NCBI GenBank assembly: GCA_002269645.1
Contig: NIVC01001210.1
Span: 62,001 to 126,000, forward strand
DNA length: 64,000 nucleotides
Direction of reading: 5' to 3'
DNA from: Macrostomum lignano
Lineage: Eukaryota
Positions within the stretch are counted from its first letter, which is position 1, and each line of letters begins with the position of its first letter. The notes under the pieces were generated by a model. The model saw only the letters and a program-made list of their open reading frames with translations. It did no database searches and was not told where the DNA came from. Position numbers and translations under genes: made by a program. This document shows, one piece after another, positions 23,105 through 35,302 of the stretch.

Positions 23105-24135
23105 CAATGGTCGATTGTGTCTATGGCTTTAGGGTCAGACAATTGTATATTGTGTTTATATGGCTTTGGAGTCAGACAGTTGTATATTGTGTCTATGGCT
23201 TTGGAGTCAGACAGTTGTAGATTGTGTCTATATGGCTTTGGAGTCAGACAGTTGTAGATTGTGTCTATATGGCTTTGGAGTCAGACAGTTGTAGATTGTG
23301 TCTATATGGCTTTGGAGTCAGACAGTTGTAGATTGTGTCTATATGGCTTTGGAGTCAGACAGTTGTATATTGTGTCTATGGCTTTGGAGTCAGACAGTTG
23401 TAGATTGTGTCTATGGCTTTGGAGTCAGACAGTTGTAGATTGTGTCTATGGCTTTGGAGTCAGACAGTTGTAGATTGTGTCTATGGTTTTGGAGTCAGAC
23501 AGTTGTAGATTGTGTCTATGGCTTTGGAGTCAGACAGTTGTAGATTGTGTCTATGGCTTTGGAGTCAGACAGTTGTAGATTGTGTCTATGGCTTTGGAGT
23601 CAGACAGTTGTAGATTGTGTCTATGGCTTTGGAGTCAGACAGTTGTAGATTGTGTCTATGGCTTTGGAGTCAGACAGTTGTATATTGTGTCTATGGCTTT
23701 GGAGTCAGACAGTTGTAGATTGTGTCTATATGGCTTTGGAGTCAGACAGTTGTAGATTGTGTCTATATGGCTTTGGAGTCAGACAGTTGTAGATTGTGTC
23801 TATATGGCTTTGGAGTCAGACAGTTGTAGATTGTGTCTATATGGCTTTGGAGTCAGACAGTTGTATATTGTGTCTATGGCTTTGGAGTCAGACAGTTGTA
23901 GATTGTGTCTATGGCTTTGGAGTCAGACAATTGTATATTGTGTCTATGGCTTTGGAGTCAGACAATTGTAGATTGTGTCTATGGCTTTGGAGTCAGACAA
24001 TTGTAGATTGTGTCTATGGCTTTGGAGTCAGACAATTGTAGATTGTGTCTATGGCTTTGGAGTCAGACAATTGTAGATTGTGTCTATGGCTTTGGAGTCA
24101 GACAATTGTAGATTGTGTCTATGGCTTTGGAGTCA
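23105..24135 (+). repeat. 35/37-bp minisatellite, about 29 copies
   Basis: Unit CTATGGCTTTGGAGTCAGACAGTTGTAGATTGTGT. Confidence 0.97.
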
Positions 24136-24867
24136 TTGGAGTCGTCCTGGTGGTTCTAGTCGTCCCTGTGACTTTGTTTTCAGCTCAGTGTCTTTGTGTC
24201 GTAAATTTAATTGCAGCGATGAAACTATGGAAAAATAGTACTTTCAAACTTCCGTCAGGACCCACAAGGGGATACGCGCTCATAGTCAGTGACTTCTCAT
24301 GGCTAACACGCATCGCGAGTGAGTATCCACGTTTATTCATCTCGCATCCAGCCAAAATTTGCCACTCTATTTTGTCGCCAATGAATGCCTCCCCAGCTAA
24401 TGGGTTTCCTAAGCTTTCCTCTGGCGCACAGCGCATTTCAAACACAATGGAATTGTCGGAAAAGCAGCTTAAGACTCCTCATAGGCTTCTTTATTAATTA
24501 TTGAGGAATCCGCAGAAGCAAAAGGCGGAATGCGGAGCCCATCGGGAATAATTGAAGAGCAGCCAGGAGCTCTGGCGCAACTTACTCGTCTGGAAAGTAG
24601 GCATCGCCCCCCTCATTTGCTTTTGAAGCATTCTGGCTGTAGAGTAGCTGCCTCCACCTTATCCAAGGCCCTTTATTTCTTATTTACAGTTCTGGCGTCA
24701 TGACAACGGAAGATGTGGGAAGAAATTTCGTCAATTTCTGACTGGGAAACCACGACGCTTTTATTATTCTCGACAACAGATGCGAGAAGACTGTTTAAAA
24801 AGCAAGTTGGGCAGAGCTAGAGTCAGGAAGAGAGAAAACTTGCTGGCAACTTCAATACAGGCATCCG

Positions 24868-25905
24868 ATGGTTCAATCTAAAATGAAACTTAGCTGGAAT
24901 CCGGTTTGGATTCTGTTATTCGCTGCAGCTGCGGCTGCTGACGTCACAACTGTCCGCATGCGCTCCGAGCCGGTCTGCTCAGAGGCTGTCCGTAACAGCA
25001 GCGCCGCCATCGCTGCCGCACCCACCGGCTCGCCAACCGAACTTCGTGAGCTCTCCGGCATCAGCCACGCTCGTGTGTGCTCGGTGGAGTGCGCGGTCTG
25101 GCCGCAGTGCGCCGTCGCCATCTACTGGCCCGACAACCGGACCTGCTTGGTCGGCAACCTCGGAGCTTGGCAGCCTTGCCGTGTCCAACCGCTGGCGTGG
25201 ACCCGCACGCCGACCCCGCCGAAGTCTTTGCTGTCGCGACTGCTCGGACTGTACAATTTCCGGTTCGGTTTGGACAATCTGGTGGCGGAGCTGGCGCCCG
25301 GAACTGCTCTGCCTGCGGCGAAGCCCACGCCCTCGGCTAATTTTGTCTATGGCCGAGGTGTCCAGCTTGCTTCCTACATTTCTTACTTGGAGGTCAACCT
25401 GACGGGATTCGGGGGTCGACCGTTCAGCTCCACTGGTCAGGCCACTTTCTACGCCAGGGTTGTCCCCGACTTTTCAATCCCGTCGTCATCGATGGGCGTC
25501 ACTCTGCACACGATTCACAATAGCAGCTTCCTGCCTGACACGTTCAATCCGACTGGCAAGTGGTCTTTGGATGCATTTGCTGGCAGCACAAGCTTTGAAG
25601 CTCACGATCTTTCGCCGCTTGTCTATACAATGAGCCCGGGCTTCAATCAGACTTCGCCTGCCGGCACGGTGCACAGCTTCGCAGTGGTCTTCGACCCCGC
25701 CAACGGTGCCAGATTCTACCACAACGGAGCTTGGACACTCACGACGCTAACGACAGCAGCCGCGACCGCCCCCGCCTACGGCGAGGACGTCCTCCGAATC
25801 GGTCAAGATCAGTTTAAGCCATTCGGCGGCCTGTTCCTGTGCTACGCCGTGGCTGCTGACAATTTGACACTGACCGAGTTGCAGCAGCTGGATCAAGTCT
25901 GCTGA
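24868..25905 (+). CDS. Secreted protein with PAN/apple-like domain and LamG/concanavalin-A-like (pentraxin-like) domain, intronless, 345 aa
   Basis: Signal peptide (WNPVWILLFAAAAAA). PAN-like cysteine spacing CSVECAVWPQCAVAIYWPDNRTCLV. LamG-like strands HSFAVVFDPANGARFYHNG, LRIGQDQFKPFGG and NLTLTELQQL. Confidence 0.75.
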   Translation: MVQSKMKLSWNPVWILLFAAAAAADVTTVRMRSEPVCSEAVRNSSAAIAAAPTGSPTELRELSGISHARVCSVECAVWPQCAVAIYWPDNRTCLVGNLGAWQPCRVQPLAWTRTPTPPKSLLSRLLGLYNFRFGLDNLVAELAPGTALPAAKPTPSANFVYGRGVQLASYISYLEVNLTGFGGRPFSSTGQATFYARVVPDFSIPSSSMGVTLHTIHNSSFLPDTFNPTGKWSLDAFAGSTSFEAHDLSPLVYTMSPGFNQTSPAGTVHSFAVVFDPANGARFYHNGAWTLTTLTTAAATAPAYGEDVLRIGQDQFKPFGGLFLCYAVAADNLTLTELQQLDQVC

Positions 25906-26961
25906 GTCCCATGTAGCCTTGTTGCATGCTGATGCACTAAATACCGATAAAAGGCTATAATAGGGATGAAATACCTGTCCGAAATCCCGAGTCACCAGTA
26001 GTGCCGACCTGCGGCAATCACAAGAATCTAATTATACCAAAAACATCCGATACGAAGGGCAAAAATTTCAAATAACGTTTCAAATTTGATGTCAATGTTA
26101 TCAACAGTTTTAACCTGTCGATTTTGTTTAATCATCTTAGGCTAGTCTGTATTTTGTATAGCAGCAATCCCTATAGTTTTCTATTTTCGAGCTTTATTTT
26201 TACTGACTCTGAATTGAAAAGATAGCTTGTACATGTACTTATCACTATGTCTTTTTGTGCTTTTAGATACGCTTCGCTTTTTAGCGCAAAAATGTTTGCC
26301 TCTTGTCTTGGAGTAAAAAATTTCAGCAGTGCAACTTATCTGCGAGTTTTCATCCTTATTTCAGCAATTGATAAATACATAATCCTATTTTTATAACGCT
26401 TACTTTTGCGAGATATTACCACAAACCAAGGTCAAAGTCAGCTACGCAAAACATTTTGATAGAATAAGTGGTTCTTGTTTGCGCAATTTGTGAGGCTTTT
26501 ATACGACAGAAAGAAACTTACAGAACGTGACACAATTGTACCAAAGAAACACAAGTACAACAAAATGCAAACTAGGCTAAGATGACGTCCATGGCACGAC
26601 AAATTTCAATAGTTATTGTTGTTGTCGTTTGTTTGCTGGAATAAACTCGCTAGGCTGCACGCTAGGGACACTTTTGCAGTGCCTTGCGCTGAGGGAGTTG
26701 CGCATCTCCGATGGTCAATGGATAGTCGATGCCCAGCTCGCGGCGGAACGCAATGTTGCCAAACTGCATTTGGGCGGAGCGTGGACGAAGAGGTGCCTTC
26801 AAGATTTTCCTACGAGCCACTGGACCTGCTGGAGCCGACTCCCTTCGAAAGTGGAACCTGAAGTGTGATAGATCATAGATAACTTTGTCACCTAATAAAC
26901 TAGTTTCAACTTCAAAAAGTGTGATTCCGATTTTTATCAGAGTTTTTGGCGTCATTCTAGG

Positions 26962-27168
26962 TTATTTTTTATTACACCTGACCTAAGCATGAGCAGATGT
27001 GCAACCGACAGCTCAGCCGCAGCTATTGCGCGGCGCATCTGAAGGCTGCGTACGGCTGTTCAGTCCAAGGACTGGGGGGGGGGGTCGCCACACACAGACA
27101 CAAATTGCTCCGAGTGCAATCGAAAATCGAACCCCTGATCCTCAAGTCGTGAGTCCGACGCTCTAAGC
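26962..27168 (-). mobile_element. SINE family 1 copy, internally deleted
   Basis: Shares GTGCAACCGACAGCTCAGCCGCAG, GGCTGTTCAGTCCAAGGACTGGGG and TCAAGTCGTGAGTCCGACGCTCTAA with 20520-20773, but lacks most of the central domain. Confidence 0.8.
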
Positions 27169-27202
27169 CCTTTCACTTTTTCCTTTTGCTACTGAAAAAT
27201 CT

Positions 27203-27856
27203 TCACATTCGTGAACAGAAGAATTCAAGCGATAAAGCAAAACAGAACCTCATTGACAAGCGGACAACAACTCGCTGCTTTGCAGACCCAGTCGACGCGC
27301 GTCGTCTAGCTAGCCGCGAATTTCTGTCCGGCGGCAGCGCCAGCAGGTCGCTGGCCAAACGGTCCAAAATGCGGCGCGATTCTGCCAGACTCTTCACGAT
27401 CGCGAATCCAATTTTGCCAGGAGACGCGGGGTCTGCAGCGGTGGGATCAGTTGAGCCCGCTGAACGAGCTGTTTGCTTTTCGAGCTCGTCGGAGGAAGCC
27501 TCGTCCAGTGTAGAAATTACGTCGTTGTTATTCGCCGAGCAGACTTCGGTGCCACGGTTGAACAATGGCTTAGCGATTCGGCCGAGAATGCCAGAAAACT
27601 GTTTGGCAATCGAGTGAAATTCAACTCGCAGGCGGGCGACCTGCTGTTGCAACGATCTGCGCTGTCGATAGAGACGGCAACGACTTTGCGGCCCGCAGGA
27701 CGTCGTTGATGCCGCCGCAGCCGCAGTGACTGACACAGACTCTAATCGGCGACGGCATGCGTCGGTGGCGGTCAGCATGGCTGCTAAGCATTCGGCCATC
27801 GGCTCATTTTTATTTGGCTCTCCAGTGTCGGATGATATGATGGCGAACTGCATCAT
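27203..27856 (-). CDS. Orphan protein, about 217 aa, with a predicted coiled-coil segment; a second exon at ~26865-26662 is possible
   Basis: Good start context (CCGCCATGATG) in a GC-rich open frame. Heptad-like segment QRRSLQQQVARLRVEFHSIAKQF. A candidate acceptor (CACACTTCAG) and an open GC-rich frame lie beyond the SINE copy. No family recognised. Confidence 0.45.
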   Translation of the reverse strand: MMQFAIISSDTGEPNKNEPMAECLAAMLTATDACRRRLESVSVTAAAAASTTSCGPQSRCRLYRQRRSLQQQVARLRVEFHSIAKQFSGILGRIAKPLFNRGTEVCSANNNDVISTLDEASSDELEKQTARSAGSTDPTAADPASPGKIGFAIVKSLAESRRILDRLASDLLALPPDRNSRLARRRASTGSAKQRVVVRLSMRFCFALSLEFFCSRM

Positions 27857-28656
27857 GGCGGTTTAACATAAACCGGTGTCGGATTTGCCTCGATATTTAT
27901 GGTCTGAGCCTGATGCGCAACTTTTTATAGTTGCCGTTTTCAGCGCGCTGACTCAACCAGAGACAGTGGAACATTAGGCGGAATCTATTTTTAGTGCTAA
28001 AGGTTTTCTGTTCGCTTTCGACTTTTTTTACATCCTTTTTCTCCCGTTGCATTCGATTGGTCAGCAAGGACCATAGACAGCATGATTGCTTGCCCGTGTT
28101 CCTCTTTGTCAGATTTATGCACCTAAACTGACAATAGTCGTATTAATTCCTATTTTCTATGCAGTCTTGCGTCTGTTGGCCCCAATTAGGCCGTTCTAAT
28201 TTGTGCCTGTTGTGTGTATTTATAAATGTTTGTAATACTTTCACGATCGATAATTTAGGCCTCTCTGTGCACGTGGCGCACGAAGAGGTTCAGTTTTATT
28301 ACTTTTTAAATATAACCTGCCTTGCCTCTCTTATCTCTTACGAGCGTACCTTCTCTTATCTTCTCTTCTCTTATCTCTTATCTTCTCTTATCTCTCTCTC
28401 CTCTCGTTCTTCCCATTTTACAACCGATAATAAATTTCATTGTCCGCGTGTTGCTAAATAATAGGCTCTTCAAGTGTAGTTCATTCTTAGTTAATTTTTC
28501 CCACTAGCACTTGGACACTCGGAATGAAAGTACAGCTGAGCAGGAAAGCAACTGCGCAGAAATACGATAACTACGCTTTGCCGTTTAACCACAACCATAT
28601 CGCGTAGCACACATTGCCGCTACATCCAAAAGGGCGACAGTGGTTTTTAGCACATC

Positions 28657-28925
28657 TTGGAATCTCGGATTGGCTCTGCTCGTGCAATTAACGGCATTGA
28701 GGGCCAACCCCCAAGGCACAGGGAAGTGTACATGCCTAACGATAAATAAAGTTAGGGCCGCTGTACACTCCTGTGTGAGTGTGTGCCTGTGCGTATGACT
28801 GCGTACGTATCCGCGCGCTTGTGTGCCTGCTCAGGGGAGTCGGTGGAATGGAGGCAGTAATGCCTCTCGACGGTTGTGTGCCTATGTCGTTAAAAGTGCG
28901 CCAGGGTACATACAGTCCACTAGCT
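28657..28925 (+). mobile_element. SINE family 2 copy, 5'-truncated
   Basis: Homologous, in opposite orientation, to 32715-33047, 37548-37862 and 39695-40059 (e.g. GGCTCTGCTCGTGCAATT, GTTAGGGCCGCTGTACACTCC, GTATCCGCGCGCTTGTGTGCCTGC). Confidence 0.8.
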
Positions 28926-29961
28926 GTAATAAAATTTCAATAATTCTGAGCTTGATGGCAGATTTCTCTTTATCTACATTTGTTTTTGGTAACATGTACT
29001 TACCGATTTCAAGTGTATGTGTGATCATGCTTACATAGAAGACAATTCGTGAAAAACTTCCTCAATGTAAATAATCCCGAAACCACAGCTAACCATTGTG
29101 GCGCTGGCTTAACAATATCAGCTACTGTTTATTTAAAGTGAAAGAATAATCGAGCATCTGAAGCTGATCCCAATCGATAAAAATTGCAGAGCTATATAAT
29201 AGTGGAGTGGATAAAGCGAGCAATCACAGGCTATGCTGGAATGGGGTCGGAGATTCTTCAAATTGGCTAATTATACAGCAAAACGAACGCATATTGTGGC
29301 TTCCGGTATGCACTTACCATATATAGACAGTGAAAACAGATTAGGACAAATGTACTTTTAGTTACAAACCAAAGCATAAATTGAAACTTGAATAAACAAA
29401 ACAACGGTACAAACATCGAAAAACAAACAGCCATTTTTCAAAATAAAAAAATTTGCTTTTGTGCATAAACTAAAAATCCTTCAAATTAGAAACAATTGAT
29501 TTCTGGATGACGCAGATGACTTTTAAACAGCGGTTCCTTTAAAAATTTGTTTGAATGTTTGCTTGCTTGCAATGTTCCACAGTACAGAAGTACATTGTGA
29601 GCTGTCACATTCGGAGGCTCAGATGCACAAAAGAATCGCAAATACTTGTAAAATACATGTTTGACTGCCCTACTTTGAAGCATTCCGGGAGATAGAAGTA
29701 TTTAAACAAATTTCGGTCAAAAAAGAAGATACAGCAAATGAAAACTACGCTGGGAATCAAATTTTGTAAATAGACTGATAGCAGAGAAGCGGTTATTGCT
29801 CATAAGTTTGGATAAAAATAATTCCAGGGGTGGCACGCGCTTTTACTGGCTGAATGAATTTGCTTCCGTAAAATGTCAACCCAATTTCTAAATAAACCCA
29901 TTGCATACACGTGAATAGTTCACAGGTGTTGCAGTTGTCAGATGCTAACCTTCATACTTAT

Positions 29962-32900
29962 TCAGAAGTAGTCTGTCCTGGTCTTGTGGGTCTCCCTTTC
30001 GTAGGCCTGGTTTTCGTAGGTGCTCTGAAAAGGTGAGCAAAGTGCATAAAAAATAGATGCGCCTAAAGCTGTGAACTGCCGGTGCAACCCCCTATCACCC
30101 CTATCACGGCAGGGTGAACTGAAGTCCAGCAAAATCAGCTCACCGGGTGATGCGCGGAGTGCTGGGCCCTGGGTATCGATGCATCGCTCATTGCCATAGA
30201 CTGGGTGCCCTTGTACCTGCCACCGCTTTGACTTCTGCAAGCGCACGAGACGGGTAAAGTACGTAATTAGGGATAAAAATTGAAAATAAGAGTAATTAGA
30301 ATGCTTCTTCGTCTGGATAATTATGTGGAATAGTGGCACTAATGTATACACAGAGATAATGAAATGAAAAGTCAAGGAAGGACCATTTATTCACTAGGAA
30401 ATATATGCATTCTGGAGACGATATGCTAAGGATTAGAGCGGAGTATGTGTTAGAGCACTTGATCGGATGTCAATTTGAGTACACCCAGACGTGCTCAAGG
30501 ATGGTGGAGGTCTTATTGAAAGTCCTCTGTTGTACTCAATCGCTCTAAGTACGCTTCATCCACATGCAGGAGGGGGCCTCTGTAAGCATACTGAGTTGAC
30601 TCTGTCCACTGCTCACTTTTGCTCAGAAATTTCCTACATACTTTGCAATATTGCATTGACAGCAGAGCACTCACAACGGAAAAATATAAAGACAAACAAT
30701 AACTATAAAGTAATTATTGTGTACAGACTAATATATTCTAATACAAATGCACAAGATATCAAAGTCAGATTACCGCTGTAATAAAATCCAGTTCACCTTG
30801 AATTAAACTAATGCTAGGCAACACAATAGTTTTAAGAATTTTAACAGAAGGCTCGGTTGTGGTCAAGTTTGTTCAATAGCTTGGGTAACGAATGCAGAGT
30901 ACGATACACCGTAACCACAGTCTAATTAAACACAATCGGTGCAAACAGACGGAGGCGAGCCCGCAGCAGAGCCAAATCGAGGACTTACACAGGATTATCA
31001 GAGAAGTTGCTCTGATAGAAATCCGCTCTGTTCTTATCACTTCGATACCTTCAAAATTGCAATGATTGGTCTCGTTTTGGGAAGGATTTCGGCAAACGGA
31101 AATCATATATTTTTCTATTCTTAATTGCCTTTGCTATTCGACAGAATGCTTAGACTCGCTTCCAGGTGAAGTTAATCCGATTCGAATGCGTCATGCAAAT
31201 AATTTCCGCAATTTCCAGGCAATAATTAGAGGAATGGATCACTGGCTCATTGATCGGAATGGGGCACACGAACAGGTGTAAAATTTTACTTGCTTTCAGT
31301 CTTACTGGGACTGGCCCACCTTCTAAAGCAGATCGTCGGAGCTACATTGTTGTAAAAAGAGAAGAAGCGCAGAAGCAAGCCTTTTGCAATCCAGTGAGTT
31401 CTTGTAATTATGGTTGAAGCAATCGGCAGGACTCATTTCTATTCTACTATAGCAGGTTTGCACTGTGAAGCAAATGGAAAATGCAATTCACTAAGCTTTG
31501 TGAAGCAAATCAAAAGTAATTTCAGTTGTCTTAAACTCTTACATAAAATGTTAAAACAAAGAATATTGAGCTAGTTTTATGAGGCAAATTGCTTACCTGT
31601 ACGCTCAGCAGCCAACGTGGTGGTTCGCATCATTGTTACTTCTAGGCTATACTAATGACCACCCAGTGAGGTAAAGTGGACTAAAAGCAGATACTCACTT
31701 TCGCAGGAAGAAGACCAGCACCACAACAATGCAGATGAGTAGCAGGACGCCCAGTACAACTCCGACAATGATGGCGTTTCGCTGCATGCCTTCAATTTTG
31801 GTAATCGATGTGCAATTTTTTTGATATGTTGCTCTTCTTGAAATGATTTACTGGACTCATTCATGAGCTGTTTTAGCGGCTCAACTCACCCCAGTAGTGA
31901 TCGTCAAGCAGCTCGCAGTGGAAACCAGTGTATCCGGCCATGCACACGCATCTGTATGGGAACTGTTCGTTGGCCTGGTACTGGCACTTGCCCGAGTTCT
32001 TGCACCTGCCGGCCACGCACGGGTCTTCGCAAGGCATCGTTGTGACGTTCGTGCTGTAGGTGCCCTTGATGCAGCTGCATCTGAAGCTGCCGGGCAGATT
32101 GACGCACACCTTGTTGGAGTCGTTTCGGCACTTGGTGAGGCACTCGTCAATGTCGGTGCACACCTGGATTATCTTCGATGTCCCTGCGTAGCCGCTGTTA
32201 GTTCCAGTCTGAGTGTAGCCTGAGAACCGAAAGCAGTAAATACGAGTAGGTAAATTATATCTTGGCCTACAGAGGTCTGCACTATTAGCGTCCTCCATCT
32301 CAGGGAAGAAGGAACATTGTGTCAGAGTACCCTAATCGGGACTGTCAAAAGACTTTACCTGACTTGCACTGGCAGGTGTAGCCATTGGTTGTGTCAATGC
32401 AATCGTGGACAGCTGGCAGACAATCGTTAGTGCTATTGGAAAGGCATTCGTTCAGCGGACTCGCCACCACATCGAGACCGGATGACTTGCCTCCCGAGGT
32501 CACCGTTGCCGGCGTCTGCTCGGTTGCGTAGCTGGCTACGCCGGTGACCACCAAGCTGCCGTTTGTCATGCTGGATACGCGAAAGGTCGGCTTTCCTGAG
32601 CCGTCACTGGGAAGGCTCAGCTCCAGCTGAAAGTCGAGTTTAGGTTCAATAGATGGATAAACTGATATCTGTAACATACAATAGTAATATGCTAACCGAT
32701 CTAGCTATTTTTTTAGATTAGAGGAAGGACACTGTATGCACCCTGGCGCAATTTAAGCGACAGTGTCACACAACTGGCGAGAGGCACTACTGCCACTCCC
32801 CTAAGCAGGCACACAAGCGCGCGGATACATACACAGTCATACGTACAAGCACACACTCACACGGGAGTGTACAGCGGCCCTAACTTAGGCATGTACACTT

Positions 32901-35217
32901 CACTGTGCCTTGGGGGTTGGGCCTTCAAGGCCGTTAATTGCACGAGCAGAGCCAAGCCGAGATTCTAATTTAGCCCCAAATTAAATGTGACTGCACTTGG
33001 AATCGAGCCTGGGCCGCTGGCACATCAGAGCACCGCGCTTGGCCACTAATTTACCTTGTTGATTACTAAACCACTCACTCACCCGTTTCTCGATGATATC
33101 AGCCATCAAGAGGAACTCATCGCCGTCCGGATTCGAGTAGCCAGGCTTGTAGGTATATTCAGTGAAAGTTACTTTCACCTGAATAGCATAGGCGGCCGGG
33201 GTGCATTGTGTTGAATTGACTCGCTTGTAGCCAAACTTGCACTTGCACAAACTTGTGCCCATCAGACTCTTGCAGTCGGTGGTGGCCGAGTCGCAGCCAG
33301 AGGTGCCCGCTCTGCACTCGTCCACGTCAACGCACGCATTGCTTGCGTTGCGCGCGTAGCCCGTTCTGCAGCCGCACGTTGGCTCGTTGGTTGTGTTGCT
33401 CACCGTGCAGATCACGTTGTTGCCAGAGGGGCACACGGTAGGGTACTGGTCACGGCGACCGCAATAGTCGATGGCTGAAAATCAATTAAGAATTTGTCTA
33501 AAACCGACTATTTCCACGGAAGAAAGATTCAAGACAGAAATAAGATAACGCAGAGTGTCTTTCAGCTTTGAATATAAGATAAAAAACAAACCACTATTCT
33601 TATTTTTGTAAAACTGACCCTCGTTCGTAGTTTAGGCAGAGACTATGAATAGAAAAATCTGTTCATCGAAATTCACTTTTATTTATCTTTACAGGGGGTA
33701 GCAAATGAAATATTCGACAAATAGCTCATATCTGGCTCAGGTGCCTACTAAACAACACACTAAACTGTACTCACGGGTGCAAACTTTGGCAGCGTTGAGC
33801 TCGTAGTGCTGCTTGCAGGTGCAGTTATAACCAGGACTCAACTCGGCACAAACTCCGCCAGTGCCGCACGGATTCGAGGAGCAGTATGTCGTACCTGAAA
33901 CAGAAGGTTTTTCCAATGCCAGCACCACTAGTAGACACTGCATCGATACCACAGTTTAATAACTGGCAAGCTTCAAGCAGACTCACCGTTGCAAGTTTTC
34001 TTGTCGGAGTTTAAAGCCTGCGGCGGAGGGCACTGGCATGTGTCCGCACCGCTAACATTGGAGCACAGGCTCGGGTACGAGCATGCACTAGGATTTGTGC
34101 AGTTGGCAGTCGCTGGGCAGGTAGGCATCGGACTAAAGCCATCGAAACAGGAGCAGGAAAAGCTACCGGGAATGTTGGTGCAGTTCTGAGCGCAGCGGCT
34201 CAGGCCCGGGTTGAGGCACTCGTTCACGTCGACGCAAGTCTTAGCGGGAGAGGCGATGAAGCCGCTTGCGCAGTTACAGTAGTAGGAACCGGGAGTGTTT
34301 ACGCATGTTCCGTTCTGACAGATGGTAGGATTGTCAGAGCATTCGTTGATATCCACGCATTGACCTGATGATGGTTGGAGCGAGTAGCCAGAGCTGCAGT
34401 TGCAGATGTAGCTGCCCTCCGTGTTGTTGCACACGCGGTTCTGGCTGGTGTCGCAGTAGCCTAACAAATTGCACTCGTCGATGTCTGAATGAAAGTGGAA
34501 TAAATTATGGCAATAGTTTCAATGGAAATAATAGTTAAATTACTAAATTTTCGGTTCCAATAAATAATTAATTTTATACAACTTTCGATAAATTCGATAC
34601 CCTCGTAGATAAAACGCACCGAGGCAAGCAGTTTTATTTGTACTGCTCGGATAGTCGTATCCGCCGGCGCAGACGCACTGGTACAGCAGGTCGCTGGTCT
34701 GCAGCGCCGGGTCGACGCTCCGGCAGGATTTATAGGGGGCGCCGGTGCAAACGCTTGACGAGCACCGGTCTACGTAAGAGCAAACGGCCAGTTTTGTATC
34801 TGTCACTTCGCTAGCGGCGTAGTTGCTCGGGCAAGCGCTGCATTCGGTTGGCACAGAGCTGTTACAGGTGTGACAGTCTAGCTGGCAGGTTGCCATGCTG
34901 CAGTTTGCAGCATAGTAGTTGGCATTGCACTTGCAGGCTGACAGGTAGATTTTGTCTGCAAGGAATAAATTGTTGCGCATGACTGACTGACTGACTGACT
35001 GACTGACTGACTGACTGACTGACTGACTGACTGACTGACTGACTGACTGACTGACTGACTGACTGACTGACTGACTGACTGACTGACTGACTGACTGACT
35101 GACTGACTGACTGACTGACTGACTGACTGACTGACTGACTGACTGACTGACTGACTGACTGACTGACTGACTGACTGACTGACTGACTGACTGACTGACT
35201 GACTGACTGACTGACTG

Positions 35218-35302
<85 letters not shown>

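Noticed and set aside
31597-31648. Possible extra cytoplasmic exon of the MUC4-like gene
   Set aside because: It has AG and GT boundaries, but its phases (2 to 1) do not fit between the TM exon and 30234, which join directly in phase. Not excluded as part of an alternative isoform.
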